Shown: positions 1-15,000 of the stretch, piece after piece | Position numbering within the stretch: position 1 is the first letter of the stretch | Layout: every line of letters begins with the position of its first letter | From: Macrostomum hystrix | Lineage: Eukaryota > Animalia > Platyhelminthes | Assembly (NCBI GenBank): GCA_950097015.1 | Contig: CATNEN010000019.1 | Location: forward strand, 62,001-126,000 | Direction: 5' to 3' | DNA length: 64,000 nucleotides | The notes under the pieces: generated by a model | The model's database searches: none | The model's input: only the letters and a program-made list of their open reading frames with translations | Told to the model about the DNA's origin: nothing | Position numbers and translations under genes: made by a program

Positions 1-3000
1 GGATTGAAAAATGTGTTTAACATTACCAGCACTCACAGTGTGCAGTAAGATGGCAATGCAGGGCCGACATCGAGCTTGCGCTACACATAAGTTCCAGCTA
101 GTTTTTCTCATGAATCGTAGTTTGCTGCTTAATTAGCACTTAATACAGGCTTTCACAGGTCTAGCTTCTTGCTTGACAATGAAGAGTTTTAAGAACAATA
201 AAAGCACATTTTACGCGCTCAAGAACAGCTTGGCGCGTGCTGCTTGCAAGGAGTGCGTTACGCTGCTAATTCAGCACAGAGTATTGGCGCTGATGGCAAT
301 TTGCTGGATTGAAAAATGTGTTTAACATTACCAGCACTCACAGTGTGCAGGAAGATGGCATTGCAGGGCCGACATCCAGCTTGCGCTACACATAAGTTCC
401 AGCTAGCTTTTCTCATGAATCGTAGTTTGCTGCTTTATTAGCACTTGATACAGGCTTTCACAGGTCTAGCTTCTTGCTTGACAATGAAGAGTTTTAAGAA
501 CAATTAAAGCACATTGACCGCGCTCTTGGCGCGTGCTGCTTGCAAGGAGTGCGTTTCGCTGCTAATTCAGCACAGAGTATTGGCGCTGATGGCAATTTGC
601 TGGATTGAAAAATGTGTTTAACATTACCAGCACTCACAGTGTGCAGGAAGATGGCAATGCAGGGAAAACATCGAAGTGTGCGCTGCATATAAGTTCCAGC
701 TAGCTTTTCTCATGAATCGTAGTTTGCTGCTTTATTAGCACTTGATATAGGCTTTCACAGGTCTAGCTTCTTGCTTGACAATGAAGAGTTTTAAGAACAA
801 TTAAAGCACATTTTACGCGCTCAAGAACAGCTTGGCGCGTTCTGCTAAGCAAGGAGTGCGTTTCGCTGCTAATTCAGCACAGAGGATTGGCGCTGATGGC
901 AATTTGCTGGATTGAAAAATGTGTTTAACATTACCAGCACTCACAGTGTGCAGTAAGATGGCAATGCAGGGCCGACATCGAGCTTGAGCTACACATAAGT
1001 TCCAGCTAGCTTTTCTCATGAATCGTAGTTTGCTGCTTAATTAGCACTTAATACAGGCTTTCACAGGTCTAGCTTCTTGCTTGACAATGAAGAGTTTTAA
1101 GAACAATTAAAGCACATTGACCGCGCTCTTGGCAAGTGCTGCTTGCAAGGAGTGCGTTTCGCTGCTAATTCAGCACAGAGTATTGGCGCTGATGGCAATT
1201 TGCTGGATTGAAAAATGTGTTTAACATTACCAGCACTCACAGTGTGCAGGAAGATGGCAATGCAGGGCGGACATCGAGCTTGCGCTACACATAAGTTCCA
1301 GCTAGCTTTTCTCATGAATCGTAGTTTGCTGCTTTATTAGCACTTGATATAGGCTATCACAGGTCTAGCTTCTTGCTTGACAATGAAGAGTTTTAAGAAC
1401 AATTAAAGCACATTTTAAGCGCTCAAGAACAGCTTGGCGCGTTCTGCTAAGCAAGGAGTGCGTTTCGCTGCTAATTCAGCACAGAGTATTGGCGATGATG
1501 GCAATTTGCTGGATTGAAAAATGTGTTTAACATTACCAGCACTCACAGTGTGCAGGAAGATGGCATTGCAGGGCCGACATCCAGCTTGCGCTACACATAA
1601 GTTCCAGCTAGCTTTTCTCATGAATCGTAGTTTGCTGCTTTATTAGCACTTGATACAGGCTTTCACAGGTCTAGCTTCTTGCTTGACAATGAAGAGTTTT
1701 AAGAACAATTAAAGCACATTGACCGCGCTCTTGGCGCGTGCTGCTTGCAAGGAGTGCGTTTCGCTGCTAATTCAGCACAGAGTATTGGCGCTGATGGCAA
1801 TTTGCTGGATTGAAAAATGTGTTTAACATTACCAGCACTCACAGTGTGCAGGAAGATGGCAATGCAGGGCGGACATCGAGCTTGCGCTACACATAAGTTC
1901 CAGCTAGCTTTTCTCATGAATCGTAGTTTGCTGATTTATTAGCACTTGATATAGGCTTTCACAGGTCTAGCTTCTTGCTTGACAATAAAGAGTTTTAAGA
2001 ACAATTAAAGCACATTTTACGCGCTCAAGAACAGCTTGGCGCGTTCTGCTAAGCAAGGAGTGCGTTTCGCTGCTAATTCAGCACAGAGTATTGGCGCTGA
2101 TGGCAATTTGCTGGATTGAAAAATGTGTTTAACATTACCAGCACTCACAGTGTGCAGTAAGATGGCAATGCAGGGCCGACATCGAGCTTGCGCTACACAT
2201 AAGTTCCAGCTAGCTTTTCTCATGAATCGTAGTTTGCTGCTTAATTAGCACTTAATACAGGCTTTCACAAGTCTAGCTTCTTGCTTGACAATGAAGAGTT
2301 TTAAGAACAATTAAAGCACATTGACCGCGCTCTTGGCAAGTGCTGCTTGCAAGGAGTGCGTTTCGCTGCTAATTCAGCACAGAGTATTGGCGCTGATGGC
2401 AATTTGCTGGATTGAAAAATGTGTTTAACATTACCAGCACTCACAGTGTGCAGGAAGATGGCAATGCAGGGCGGACATCGAGCTTGCGCTACACATAAGT
2501 TCCAGCTAGCTTTTCTCATGAATCGTAGTTTGCTGATTTATTAGCACTTGATATAGGCTTTCACAGGTCTAGCTTCTTGCTTGACAATAAAGAGTTTTAA
2601 GAACAATTAAAGCACATTTTACGCGCTCAAGAACAGCTTGGCGCGTGCTGCTTGCAAGGAGTGCGTTTCGCTGCTAATTCAGCACAGAGTATTGGCGCTG
2701 ATGGCAATTTGCTGGATTGAAAAATGTGTTTAACATTACCAGCACTCACAGTGTGCAGGAAGATGGCAATGCAGGGCCGACATCGAGCTTGCGCTACACA
2801 TAAGTTCCAGCTAGCTTTTCTCATGAATCGTAGTTTGCTGCTTACGAGTAATTAGCACTTAATACAGGCTTTCACAGGTCTAGCTTCTTGCTTGACAATG
2901 AAGAGTTTTAAGAACAATTAAAGCACATTTTACGCGCTCAAGAACAGCTTGGCGCGTGCTGCTTGCAAGGAGTGCGTTACGCTGCTAATTCAGCACAGAG

Positions 3001-6000
3001 TATTGGCGCTGATGGCAATTTGCTGGATTGAAAAATGTGTTTAACATTACCAGCACTCACAGTGTGCAGGAAGATGGCATTGCAGGGCCGACATCCAGCT
3101 TGCGCTACACATAAGTTCCAGCTAGCTTTTCTCATGAATCGTAGTTTGCTGCTTTATTAGCACTTGATATAGGCTTTCACAGGTCTAGCTTCTTGCTTGA
3201 CAATAAAGAGTTTTAAGAACAATTAAAGCACATTGACCGCGCTCTTGGCAAGTGCTGCTTGCAAGGAGTGCGTTTCGCTGCTAATTCAACACAGAGTATT
3301 GGCGCTGATGGCAATTTGCTGGATTGAAAAATGTGTTTAACATTACCAGCACTCACAGTGTGCAGTAAGATGGCAATGCAGGGCCGACATCGAGCTTGCG
3401 CTACACATAAGTTCCAGCTAGCTTTTCTCATGAATCGTAGTTTGCTGCTTAATTAGCACTTAATACAGGCTTTCACAGGTCTAGCTTCTTGCTTGACAAT
3501 GAAGAGTTTTAAGAACAATTAAAGCACATTTTACGCGCTCAAGAACAGCTTGGCGCGTGCTGCTTGCAAGGAGTGCGTTTCGCTGCTAATTCAGCACAGA
3601 GTATTGGCGCTGATGGCAATTTGCTGGATTGAAAAATGTGTTTAACATTACCAGCACTCACAGTGTGCAGGAAGATGGCATTGCAGGGCGGACATCGAGC
3701 TTGCGCTACACATAAGTTCCAGCTAGCTTTTCTCATGAATCGTAGTTTGCTGCTTTATTAGCACTTGATACAGGCTTTCACAGGTCTAGCTTCTTGCTTG
3801 ACAATGAAGAGTTTTAAGAACAATTAAAGCACATTGACCGCGCTCTTGGCGCGTGCTGCTTGCAAGGAGTGCGTTTCGCTGCTAATTCAGCACAGAGTAT
3901 TGGCGCTGATGGCAATTTGCTGGATTGAAAAATGTGTTTAACATTACCAGCACTCACAGTGTGCAGGAAGATGGCAATGCAGGGAAAACATCGAAGTGTG
4001 CGCTGCATATAAGTTCCAGCTAGCCTTTTTCTCATGAATCGTAGTTTGCTGCTTTATTAGCACTTGATATAGGCTTTCACAGGTCTAGCTTCTTGCTTGA
4101 CAATGAAGAGTTTTAAGAACAATTAAAGCACATTTTACGCGCTCAAGAACAGCTTGGCGCGTTCTGCTAAGCAAGGAGTGCGTTTCGCTGCTAATTCAGC
4201 ACAGAGGATTGGCGCTGATGGCAATTTGCTGGATTGAAAAATGTGTTTAACATTACCAGCACTCACAGTGTGCAGTAAGATGGCAATGCAGGGCCGACAT
4301 CGAGCTTGAGCTACACATAAGTTCCAGCTAGCTTTTCTCATGAATCGTAGTTTGCTGCTTAATTAGCACTTAATACAGGCTTTCACAGGTCTAGCTTCTT
4401 GCTTGACAATGAAGAGTTTTAAGAACAATTAAAGCACATTGACCGCGCTCTTGGCAAGTGCTGCTTGCAAGGAGTGCGTTTCGCTGCTAATTCAGCACAG
4501 AGTATTGGCGCTGATGGCAATTTGCTGGATTGAAAAATGTGTTTAACATTACCAGCACTCACAGTGTGCAGGAAGATGGCAATGCAGGGCGGACATCGAG
4601 CTTGCGCTACACATAAGTTCCAGCTAGCTTTTCTCATGAATCGTAGTTTGCTGCTTTATTAGCACTTGATATAGGCTATCACAGGTCTAGCTTCTTGCTT
4701 GACAATGAAGAGTTTTAAGAACAATTAAAGCACATTTTAAGCGCTCAAGAACAGCTTGGCGCGTTCTGCTAAGCAAGGAGTGCGTTTCGCTGCTAATTCA
4801 GCACAGAGTATTGGCGCTGATGGCAATTTGCTGGATTGAAAAATGTGTTTAACATTACCAGCACTCACAGTGTGCAGTAAGATGGCAATGCAGGGCCGAC
4901 ATCGAGCTTGAGCTACACATAAGTTCCAGCTAGCTTTTCTCATGAATCGTAGTTTGCTGCTTAATTAGCACTTAATACAGGCTTTCACAGGTCTAGCTTC
5001 TTGCTTGACAATGAAGAGTTTTAAGAACAATTAAAGCACATTGACCGCGCTCTTGGCAAGTGCTGCTTGCAAGGAGTGCGTTTCGCTGCTAATTCAGCAC
5101 AGAGTATTGGCGCTGATGGCAATTTGCTGGATTGAAAAATGTGTTTAACATTACCAGCACTCACAGTGTGCAGGAAGATGGCAATGCAGGGCGGACATCG
5201 AGCTTGCGCTACACATAAGTTCCAGCTAGCTTTTCTCATGAATCGTAGTTTGCTGATTTATTAGCACTTGATATAGGCTTTCACAGGTCTAGCTTCTTGC
5301 TTGACAATAAAGAGTTTTAAGAACAATTAAAGCACATTTTACGCGCTCAAGAACAGCTTGGCGCGTGCTGCTTGCAAGGAGTGCGTTTCGCTGCTAATTC
5401 AGCACAGAGTATTGGCGCTGATAGCAATTTGCTGGATTGAAAAATGTGTTTAACATTACCAGCACTCACAGTGTGCAGGAAGATGGCAATGCAGGGCCGA
5501 CATCGAGCTTGCGCTACACATAAGTTCCAGCTAGCTTTTCTCATGAATCGTAGTTTGCTGCTTACGAGTAATTAGCACTTAATACAGGCTTTCACAGGTC
5601 TAGCTTCTTGCTTGACAATGAAGAGTTTTAAGAACAATTAAAGCACATTTTACGCGCTCAAGAACAGCTTGGCGCGTGCTGCTTGCAAGGAGTGCGTTAC
5701 GCTGCTAATTCAGCACAGAGTATTGGCGCTGATGGCAATTTGCTGGATTGAAAAATGTGTTTAACATTACCAGCACTCACAGTGTGCAGGAAGATGGCAT
5801 TGCAGGGCCGACATCCAGCTTGCGCTACACATAAGTTCCAGCTAGCTTTTCTCATGAATCGTAGTTTGCTGCTTTATTAGCACTTGATACAGGCTTTCAC
5901 AGGTCTAGCTTCTTGCTTGACAATGAAGAGTTTTAAGAACAATTAAAGCACATTGACCGCGCTCTTGGCAAGTGCTGCTTGCAAGGAGTGCGTTTCGCTG

Positions 6001-9000
6001 CTAATTCAACACAGAGTATTGGCGCTGATGGCAATTTGCTGGATTGAAAAATGTGTTTAACATTACCAGCACTCACAGTGTGCAGTAAGATGGCAATGCA
6101 GGAAAAACATCGAAGTGTGCGCTGTATATAAGTTCCAGCTAGCTTTTCTCATGAATCGTAGTTTGCTGCTTTATTAGCACTTGATATAGGCTTTCACAGG
6201 TCTAGCTTCTTGCTTGACAATGAAGAGTTTTAAGAACAATTAAAGCACATTTTACGCGCTCAAGAACAGCTTGGCGCGTGCTGCTTGCAAGGAGTGCGTT
6301 TCGCTGCTAATTCAGCACAGAGTATTGGCGCTGATGGCAATTTGCTGGATTGAAAAATGTGTTTAACATTACCAGCACTCACAGTGTGCAGGAAGATGGC
6401 AATGCAGGGCGGACATCGAGCTTGCGCTACACATAAGTTCCAGCTTGCTTTTCTCATGAATCGTAGTTTGCTGATTTATTAGCACTTGATATAGGCTTTC
6501 ACAGGTCTAGCTTCTTGCTTGACAATAAAGAGTTTTAAGAACAATTAAAGCACATTTTACGCGCTCAAGAACAGCTTGGCGCGTGCTGCTTGCAAGGAGT
6601 GCGTTTCGCTGCTAATTCAGCACAGAGTATTGGCGCTGATGGCAATTTGCTGGATTGAAAAATGTGTTTAACATTACCAGCACTCACAGTGTGCAGGAAG
6701 ATGGCAATGCAGGGCCGACATCGAGCTTGCGCTATTTATAAGTTCCAGCTAGCTTTTCTCATGAATCGTAGTATGTTGCTAAAAAAGCACTTAAAACAGG
6801 CTTTCACAGGTCTAGCTTCTTGCTTGACAATGAAGAGTTTTAAGAACAATTAAAGCACATTTTACGCGCTCAAGAACAGCTTGGCGCGTGCTGCTAAGGA
6901 AGGAGTGCCTTTCGCTGCTAATTCAGCACAGAGTATTGGCGCTGATGGCAATTTGCTGGATTGAAAAATGTGTTTAACATTACCAGCACTCACAGTGTGC
7001 AGTAAGATGGCAATGCAGGAAAAACATCGAAGTGTGCGCTGTATGTAAGTTCCAGCTAGCTTTTCTCATGAATCGTAGTTTGCTGCTTTATTAGCACTTG
7101 ATATAGGCTTTCACAGGTCTAGCTTCTTGCTTGACAATGAAGAGTTTTAAGAACAATTAAAGCACATTTTACGCGCTCAAGAACAGCTTGGCGCGTGCTG
7201 CTTGCAAGGAGTGCGTTTCGCTGCTAATTCAGCACAGAGTATTGGCGCTGATGGCAATTTGCTGGATTGAAAAATGTGTTTAACATTACCAGCACTCACA
7301 GTGTGCAGGAAGATGGCAATGCAGGGCGGACATCGAGCTTGCGCTACACATAAGTTCCAGCTAGCTTTTCTCATGAATCGTAGTTTGCTGCTTTATTAGC
7401 ACTTGATATAGGCTTTCACAGGTCTAGCTTCTTGCTTGACAATGAAGAGTTTTAAGAACAATTAAAGCAGCTTTTACGCGCTTAAGAACAGCTTGGCGCG
7501 TGCTGCTTGCAAGGAGTGCGTTTCGCTGCTAATTCAGCACAGAGTATTGGCGCTGATGGCAATTTGCTGGATTGAAAAATGTGTTTAACATTACCAGCAC
7601 TCACAGTGTGCAGGAAGATGGCAATGCAGGGCCGACATCGAGCTTGCGCTATATATAAGTTCCAGCTAGCTTTTCTCATGAATCGTAGTATGTTGCTAAA
7701 AAAGCACTTAAACAGGCTATCACAGGTCTAGCTTCTTGCTTGACAATGAAGAGTTTTAAGAACAATTAAAGCACATTTTACGCGCTCAAGAACAGCTTGG
7801 CGCGTTCTGCTAAGCAAGGAGTGCGTTTCGCTGCTAATTCAGCACAGAGTATTGGCGCTGATGGCAATTTGCTGGATTGAAAAATGTGTTTAACATTACC
7901 AGCACTCACAGTGTGCAGTAAGATGGCAATGCAGGGCCGACATCGAGCTTGCGCTACACATAAGTTCCAGCTAGCTTTTCTCATGAATCGTAGTTTGCTG
8001 CTTAATTAGCACTTAATACAGGCTTTCACAGGTCTAGCTTCTTGCTTGAAAATGAAGAGTTTTAAGAACAATTAAAGCACATTGACCGCGCTCTTGGCAA
8101 GTGCTGCTTGCAAGGAGTGCGTTTCGCTGCTAATTCAGCACAGAGTATTGGCGCTGATGGCAATTTGCTGGATTGAAAAATGTGTTTAACATTACCAGCA
8201 CTCACAGTGTGCAGGAAGATGGCAATGCAGGGCGGACATCGAGCTTGCGCTACACATAAGTTCCAGCTAGCTTTTCTCATGAATCGTAGTTTGCTGATTT
8301 ATTAGCACTTGATATAGGCTTTCACAGGTCTAGCTTCTTGCTTGACAATAAAGAGTTTTAAGAACAATTAAAGCACATTTTACGCGCTCAAGAACAGCTT
8401 GGCGCGTGCTGCTTGCAAGGAGTGCGTTTCGCTGCTAATTCAGCACAGAGTATTGGCGCTGATGGCAATTTGCTGGATTGAAAAATGTGTTTAACATTAC
8501 CAGCACTCACAGTGTGCAGGAAGATGGCAATGCAGGGCCGACATCGAGCTTGCGCTACACATAAGTTCCAGCTAGCTTTTCTCATGAATCGTAGTTTGCT
8601 GCTTACGAGTAATTAGCACTTAATACAGGCTTTCACAGGTCTAGCATCTTGCTTGACAATGAAGAGTTTTAAGAACAATTAAAGCACATTTTACGCGCTC
8701 AAGAACAGCTTGGCGCGTGCTGCTTGCAAGGAGTGCGTTACGCTGCTAATTCAGCACAGAGTATTGGCGCTGATGGCAATTTGCTGGATTGAAAAATGTG
8801 TTTAACATTACCAGCACTCACAGTGTGCAGGAAGATGGCATTGCAGGGCCGACATCCAGCTTGCGCTACACATAAGTTCCAGTAGCTTTTCTCATGAATC
8901 GTAGTTTGCTGCTTTATTAGCACTTGATACAGGCTTTCACAGGTATAGCTTCTTGCTTGACAATGAAGAGTTTTAAGAACAATTAAAGCACATTGACCGC

Positions 9001-12000
9001 GCTCTTGGCAAGTGCTGCTTGCAAGGAGTGCGTTTCGCTGCTAATTCAACACAGAGTATTGGCGCTGATGGCAATTTGCTGGATTGAAAAATGTGTTTAA
9101 CATTACCAGCACTCACAGTGTGCAGTAAGATGGCAATGCAGGAAAAACATCGAAGTGTGCGCTGTATATAAGTTCCAGCTAGCTTTTCTCATGAATCGTA
9201 GTTTGCTGCTTTATTAGCACTTGATATAGGCTTTCACACGTCTAGCTTCTTGCTTGACAATAAAGAGTTTTAAGAACAATTAAAGCACATTTTACGCGCT
9301 CAAGAACAGCTTGGCGCGTGCTGCTTGCAAGGAGTGCGTTTCGCTGCTAATTCAGCACAGAGTATTGGCGCTGATGGCAATTTGCTGGATTGAAAAATGT
9401 GTTTAACATTACCAGCACTCACAGTGTGCAGGAAGATGGCAATGCAGGGCGGACATCGAGCTTGCGCTACACAAGTTCCAGCTTGCTTTTCTCATGAATC
9501 GTGGTTTGCTGATTTATTAGCACTTGATATAGGCTTTCACAGGTCTAGCTTCTTGCTTGACAATAAAGAGTTTAAAGAACAATTAAAGCACATTTTACGC
9601 GCTCAAGAACAGCTTGGCGCGTGCTGCTTGCAAGGAGTGCGTTTCGCTGCTAATTCAGCACAGAGTATTGGCGCTGATGGCAATTTGCTGGATTGAAAAA
9701 TGTGTTTAACATTACCAGCACTCACAGTGTGCAGGAAGATGGCAATGCAGGGCCGACATCGAGCTTGCGCTACACATAAGTTCCAGCTAGCTTTTCTCAT
9801 GAATCGTAGTTTGCTGCTTACGAGTAATTAGCACTTAATACAGGCTTTCACAGGTCTAGCATCTTGCTTGACAATGAAGAGTTTTAAGAACAATTAAAGC
9901 ACATTTTACGCGCTCAAGAACAGCTTGGCGCGTGCTGCTTGCAAGGAGTGCGTTACGCTGCTAATTCAGCACAGAGTATTGGCGCTGATGGCAATTTGCT
10001 GGATTGAAAAATGTGTTTAACATTACCAGCACTCACAGTGTGCAGGAAGATGGCATTGCAGGGCCGACATCCAGCTTGCGCTACACATAAGTTCCAGTAG
10101 CTTTTCTCATGAATCGTAGTTTGCTGCTTTATTAGCACTTGATACAGGCTTTCACAGGTATAGCTTCTTGCTTGACAATGAAGAGTTTTAAGAACAATTA
10201 AAGCACATTGACCGCGCTCTTGGCAAGTGCTGCTTGCAAGGAGTGCGTTTCGCTGCTAATTCAACACAGAGTATTGGCGCTGATGGCAATTTGCTGGATT
10301 GAAAAATGTGTTTAACATTACCAGCACTCACAGTGTGCAGTAAGATGGCAATGCAGGAAAAACATCGAAGTGTGCGCTGTATATAAGTTCCAGCTAGCTT
10401 TTCTCATGAATCGTAGTTTGCTGCTTTATTAGCACTTGATATAGGCTTTCACACGTCTAGCTTCTTGCTTGACAATAAAGAGTTTTAAGAACAATTAAAG
10501 CACATTTTACGCGCTCAAGAACAGCTTGGCGCGTGCTGCTTGCAAGGAGTGCGTTTCGCTGCTAATTCAGCACAGAGTATTGGCGCTGATGGCAATTTGC
10601 TGGATTGAAAAATGTGTTTAACATTACCAGCACTCACAGTGTGCAGGAAGATGGCAATGCAGGGCGGACATCGAGCTTGCGCTACACAAGTTCCAGCTTG
10701 CTTTTCTCATGAATCGTGGTTTGCTGATTTATTAGCACTTGATATAGGCTTTCACAGGTCTAGCTTCTTGCTTGACAATAAAGAGTTTAAAGAACAATTA
10801 AAGCACATTTTACGCGCTCAAGAACAGCTTGGCGCGTGCTGCTTGCAAGGAGTGCGTTTCGCTTCTAATTCAGCACAGAGTATTGGCGCTGATGGCAATT
10901 TGCTGGATTGAAAAATGTGTTTAACATTACCAGCACTCACAGTGTGCAGGAAGATGGCAATGCAGGGCCGACATCGAGCTTGCGCTATATATAAGTTCCA
11001 GCTAGCTTTTCTCATGAATCGTAGTATGTTGCTAAAAAAGCACTTAAAACAGGCTTTCACAGGTCTAGCTTCTTGCTTGACAATGAAGAGTTTTAAGAAC
11101 AATTAAAGCACATTTTACGCGCTCAAGAACAGCTTGGCGCGTGCTGCTAAGCAAGGAGTGCGTTTCGCTGCTAATTCAGCACAGAGTATTGGCGCTGATG
11201 GCAATTTGCTGGATTGAAAAATGTGTTTAACATTACCAGCACTCACAGTGTGCAGTAAGATGGCAATGCAGGGCCGACATCGAGCTTGCGCTACACATAA
11301 GTTCCAGCTAGCTTTTCTCATGAATCGTAGTTTGCTGCTTAATTAGCACTTAATACAGGCTTTCACAGGTCTAGCTTCTTGCTTGACAATGAAGAGTTTT
11401 AAGAACAATTAAAGCAGCTTTTACGCGCTTAAGAACAGCTTGGCGCGTGCTGCTTGCAAGGAGTGCGTTTCGCTACTAATTCAGCACAGAGCATTGGCGC
11501 TGATGGCAATTTGCTGGATTGAAAAATGTGTTTAACATTACCAGCACTCACAGTGTGCAGTAAGATGGCAATGCAGGGCCGACATCGAGCTTGCGCTACA
11601 CATAAGTTCCAGCTAGCTTTTCTCATGAATCGTAGTTTGCTGCTTAATTAGCACTTAATACAGGCTTTCACAGGTCTAGCTTTTTGCTTGACAATGAAGA
11701 GTTTTAAGAACAATTAAAGCACATTTTACGCGTTCAAGAACAGCTTGGCAAGTGCTGCTTGCAAGGAGTGCGTTTCGCTGCTAATTCAGCACAGAGTATT
11801 GGCGCTGATGGCAATTTGCTGGATTGAAAAATGTGTTTAACATTACCAGCACTCACAGTGTGCAGGAAGATGGCAATGCAGGGCCGACATCGAGCTTGCG
11901 CTATATATAAGTTCCAGCTAGCTTTTCTCATGAATCGTAGTATGTTGCTAAAAAAGCACTTAAAACAGGCTATCACAGGTCTAGCTTCTTGCTTGACAAT

Positions 12001-15000
12001 GAAGAGTTTTAAGAACAATTAAAGCACATTGACCGCGCTCTTGGCAAGTGCTGCTTGCAAGGAGTGCGTTTCGCTGCTAATTCAGCACAGAGTATTGGCG
12101 CTGATGGCAATTTGCTGGATTGAAAAATGTGTTTAACATTACCAGCACTCACAGTGTGCAGTAAGATGGCAATGCAGGAAAAACATCGAAGTGTGCGCTG
12201 TATATAAGTTCCAGCTAGCTTTTCTCATGAATCGTAGTTTGCTGCTTTATTAGCACTTGATATAGGCTTTCACAGGTCTAGCTTCTTGCTTGACAATAAA
12301 GAGTTTTAAGAACAATTAAAGCACATTTTACGCGCTCAAGAACAGCTTGGCGCGTGCTGCTTGCAAGGAGTGCGTTTCGCTGCTAATTCAGCACAGAGTA
12401 TTGGCGCTGATGGCAATTTGCTGGATTGAAAAATGTGTTTAACATTACCAGCACTCACAGTGTGCAGGAAGATGGCAATGCAGGGCCGACATCGAGCTTG
12501 CGCTACACATAAGTTCCAGCTAGCTTTTCTCATGAATCGTAGTTTGCTGCTTACGAGTAATTAGCACTTAATACAGGCTTTCACAGGTCTAGCTTCTTGC
12601 TTGACAATGAAGAGTTTTAAGAACAATTAAAGCACATTTTACGCGCTCAAGAACAGCTTGGCGCGTGCTGCTTGCAAGGAGTGCGTTACGCTGCTAATTC
12701 AGCACAGAGTATTGGCGCTGATGGCAATTTGCTGGATTGAAAAATGTGTTTAACATTACCAGCACTCACAGTGTGCAGGAAGATGGCATTGCAGGGCCGA
12801 CATCCAGCTTGCGCTACACATAAGTTCCAGCTAGCTTTTCTCATGAATCGTAGTTTGCTGCTTTATTAGCACTTGATACAGGCTTTCACAGGTCTAGCTT
12901 CTTGCTTGACAATGAAGAGTTTTAAGAACAATTAAAGCACATTGACCGCGCTCTTGGCAAGTGCTGCTTGCAAGGAGTGCGTTTCGCTGCTAATTCAACA
13001 CAGAGTATTGGCGCTGATGGCAATTTGCTGGATTGAAAAATGTGTTTAACATTACCAGCACTCACAGTGTGCAGGAAGATGGCAATGCAGGGCCGACATC
13101 GAGCTTGCGCTACACATAAGTTCCAGCTAGCTTTTCTCATGAATCGTAGTTTGCTGCTTTATTAGCACTTGATATAGGCTTTCACACGTCTAGCTTCTTG
13201 CTTGACAATAAAGAGTTTTAAGAACAATTAAAGCACATTTTACGCGCTCAAGAACAGCTTGGCGCGTGCTGCTTGCAAGGAGTGCGTTTCGCTGCTAATT
13301 CAGCACAGAGTATTGGCGCTGATGGCAATTTGCTGGATTGAAAAATGTGTTTAACATTACCAGCACTCACAGTGTGCAGGAAGATGGCAATGCAGGGCGG
13401 ACATCGAGCTTGCGCTACACAAGTTCCAGCTTGCTTTTCTCATGAATCGTAGTTTGCTGATTTATTAGCACTTGATATAGGCTTTCACAGGTCTAGCTTC
13501 TTGCTTGACAATAAAGAGTTTTAAGAACAATTAAAGCACATTTTACGCGCTCAAGAACAGCTTGGCGCGTGCTGCTTGCAAGGAGTGCGTTTCGCTTCTA
13601 ATTCAGCACAGAGTATTGGCGCTGATGGCAATTTGCTGGATTGAAAAATGTGTTTAACATTACCAGCACTCACAGTGTGCAGGAAGATGGCAATGCAGGG
13701 CCGACATCGAGCTTGCGCTATATATAAGTTCCAGCTAGCTTTTCTCATGAATCGTAGTATGTTGCTAAAAAAGCACTTAAAACAGGCTTTCACAGGTCTA
13801 GCTTCTTGCTTGACAATGAAGAGTTTTAAGAACAATTAAAGCACATTTTACGCGCTCAAGAACAGCTTGGCGCGTGCTGCTAAGCAAGGAGTGCGTTTCG
13901 CTGCTAATTCAGCACAGAGTATTGGCGCTGATGGCAATTTGCTGGATTGAAAAATGTGTTTAACATTACCAGCATTCACAGTGTGCAGTAAGATGGCAAT
14001 GCAGGGCCGACATCGAGCTTGCGCTACACATAAGTTCCAGCTAGCTTTTCTCATGAATCGTAGTTTGCTGCTTAATTAGCACTTAATACAGGCTTTCACA
14101 GGTCTAGCTTCTTGCTTGACAATGAAGAGTTTTAAGAACAATTAAAGCACATTGACCGCGCTCTTGGCAAGTGCTGCTTGCAAGGAGTGCGTTTCGCTGC
14201 TAATTCAACAGAGTATTGGCGCTGATGGCAATTTGCTGGATTGAAAAATGTGTTTAACATTACCAGCACTCACAGTGTGCAGTAAGATGGCAATGCAGGA
14301 AAAACATCGAAGTGTGCGCTGTATATAAGTTCCAGCTAGCTTTTCTCATGAATCGTAGTTTGCTGCTTTATTAGCACTTGATATAGGCTTTCACAGGTCT
14401 AGCTTCTTGCTTGACAATGAAGAGTTTTAAGAACAATTAAAGCACATTTTACGCGCTCAAGAACAGCTTGGCGCGTGCTGCTTGCAAGGAGTGCGTTTCG
14501 CTGCTAATTCAGCACAGAGTATTGGCGCTGATGGCAATTTGCTGGATTGAAAAATGTGTTTAACATTACCAGCACTCACAGTGTGCAGGAAGATGGCAAT
14601 GCAGGGCCGACATCGAGCTTGCGCTACACATAAGTTCCAGCTAGCTTTTCTCATGAATCGTAGTTTGCTGCTTACGAGTAATTAGCACTTAATACAGGCT
14701 TTCACAGGTCTAGCTTCTTGCTTGACAATGAAGAGTTTTAAGAACAATTAAAGCACATTTTACGCGCTCAAGAACAGCTTGGCGCGTGCTGCTTGCAAGG
14801 AGTGCGTTACGCTGCTAATTCAGCACAGAGTATTGGCGCTGATGGCAATTTGCTGGATTGAAAAATGTGTTTAACATTACCAGCACTCACAGTGTGCAGG
14901 AAGATGGCATTGCAGGGCCGACATCCAGCTTGCGCTACACATAAGTTCCAGCTAGCTTTTCTCATGAATCGTAGTTTGCTGCTTTATTAGCACTTGATAC

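Noticed and set aside
284-335. Hammerhead-ribozyme-like core in the satellite (CTGATGG...GAAA...hairpin)
   Set aside because: The core needs CUGANGA; here position 9 is G. Stem II cannot close while leaving GAAA, and the A15.1-U16.1 pair and UH site do not form. An Infernal hammerhead search would be decisive.
250-410. CENP-B box or Pol III A/B boxes in the monomer
   Set aside because: TTTCGCTGCTAATTCAG lacks the required A and CGGG positions. TGGCGCTGATGG is only A-box-like and no proper B box follows.
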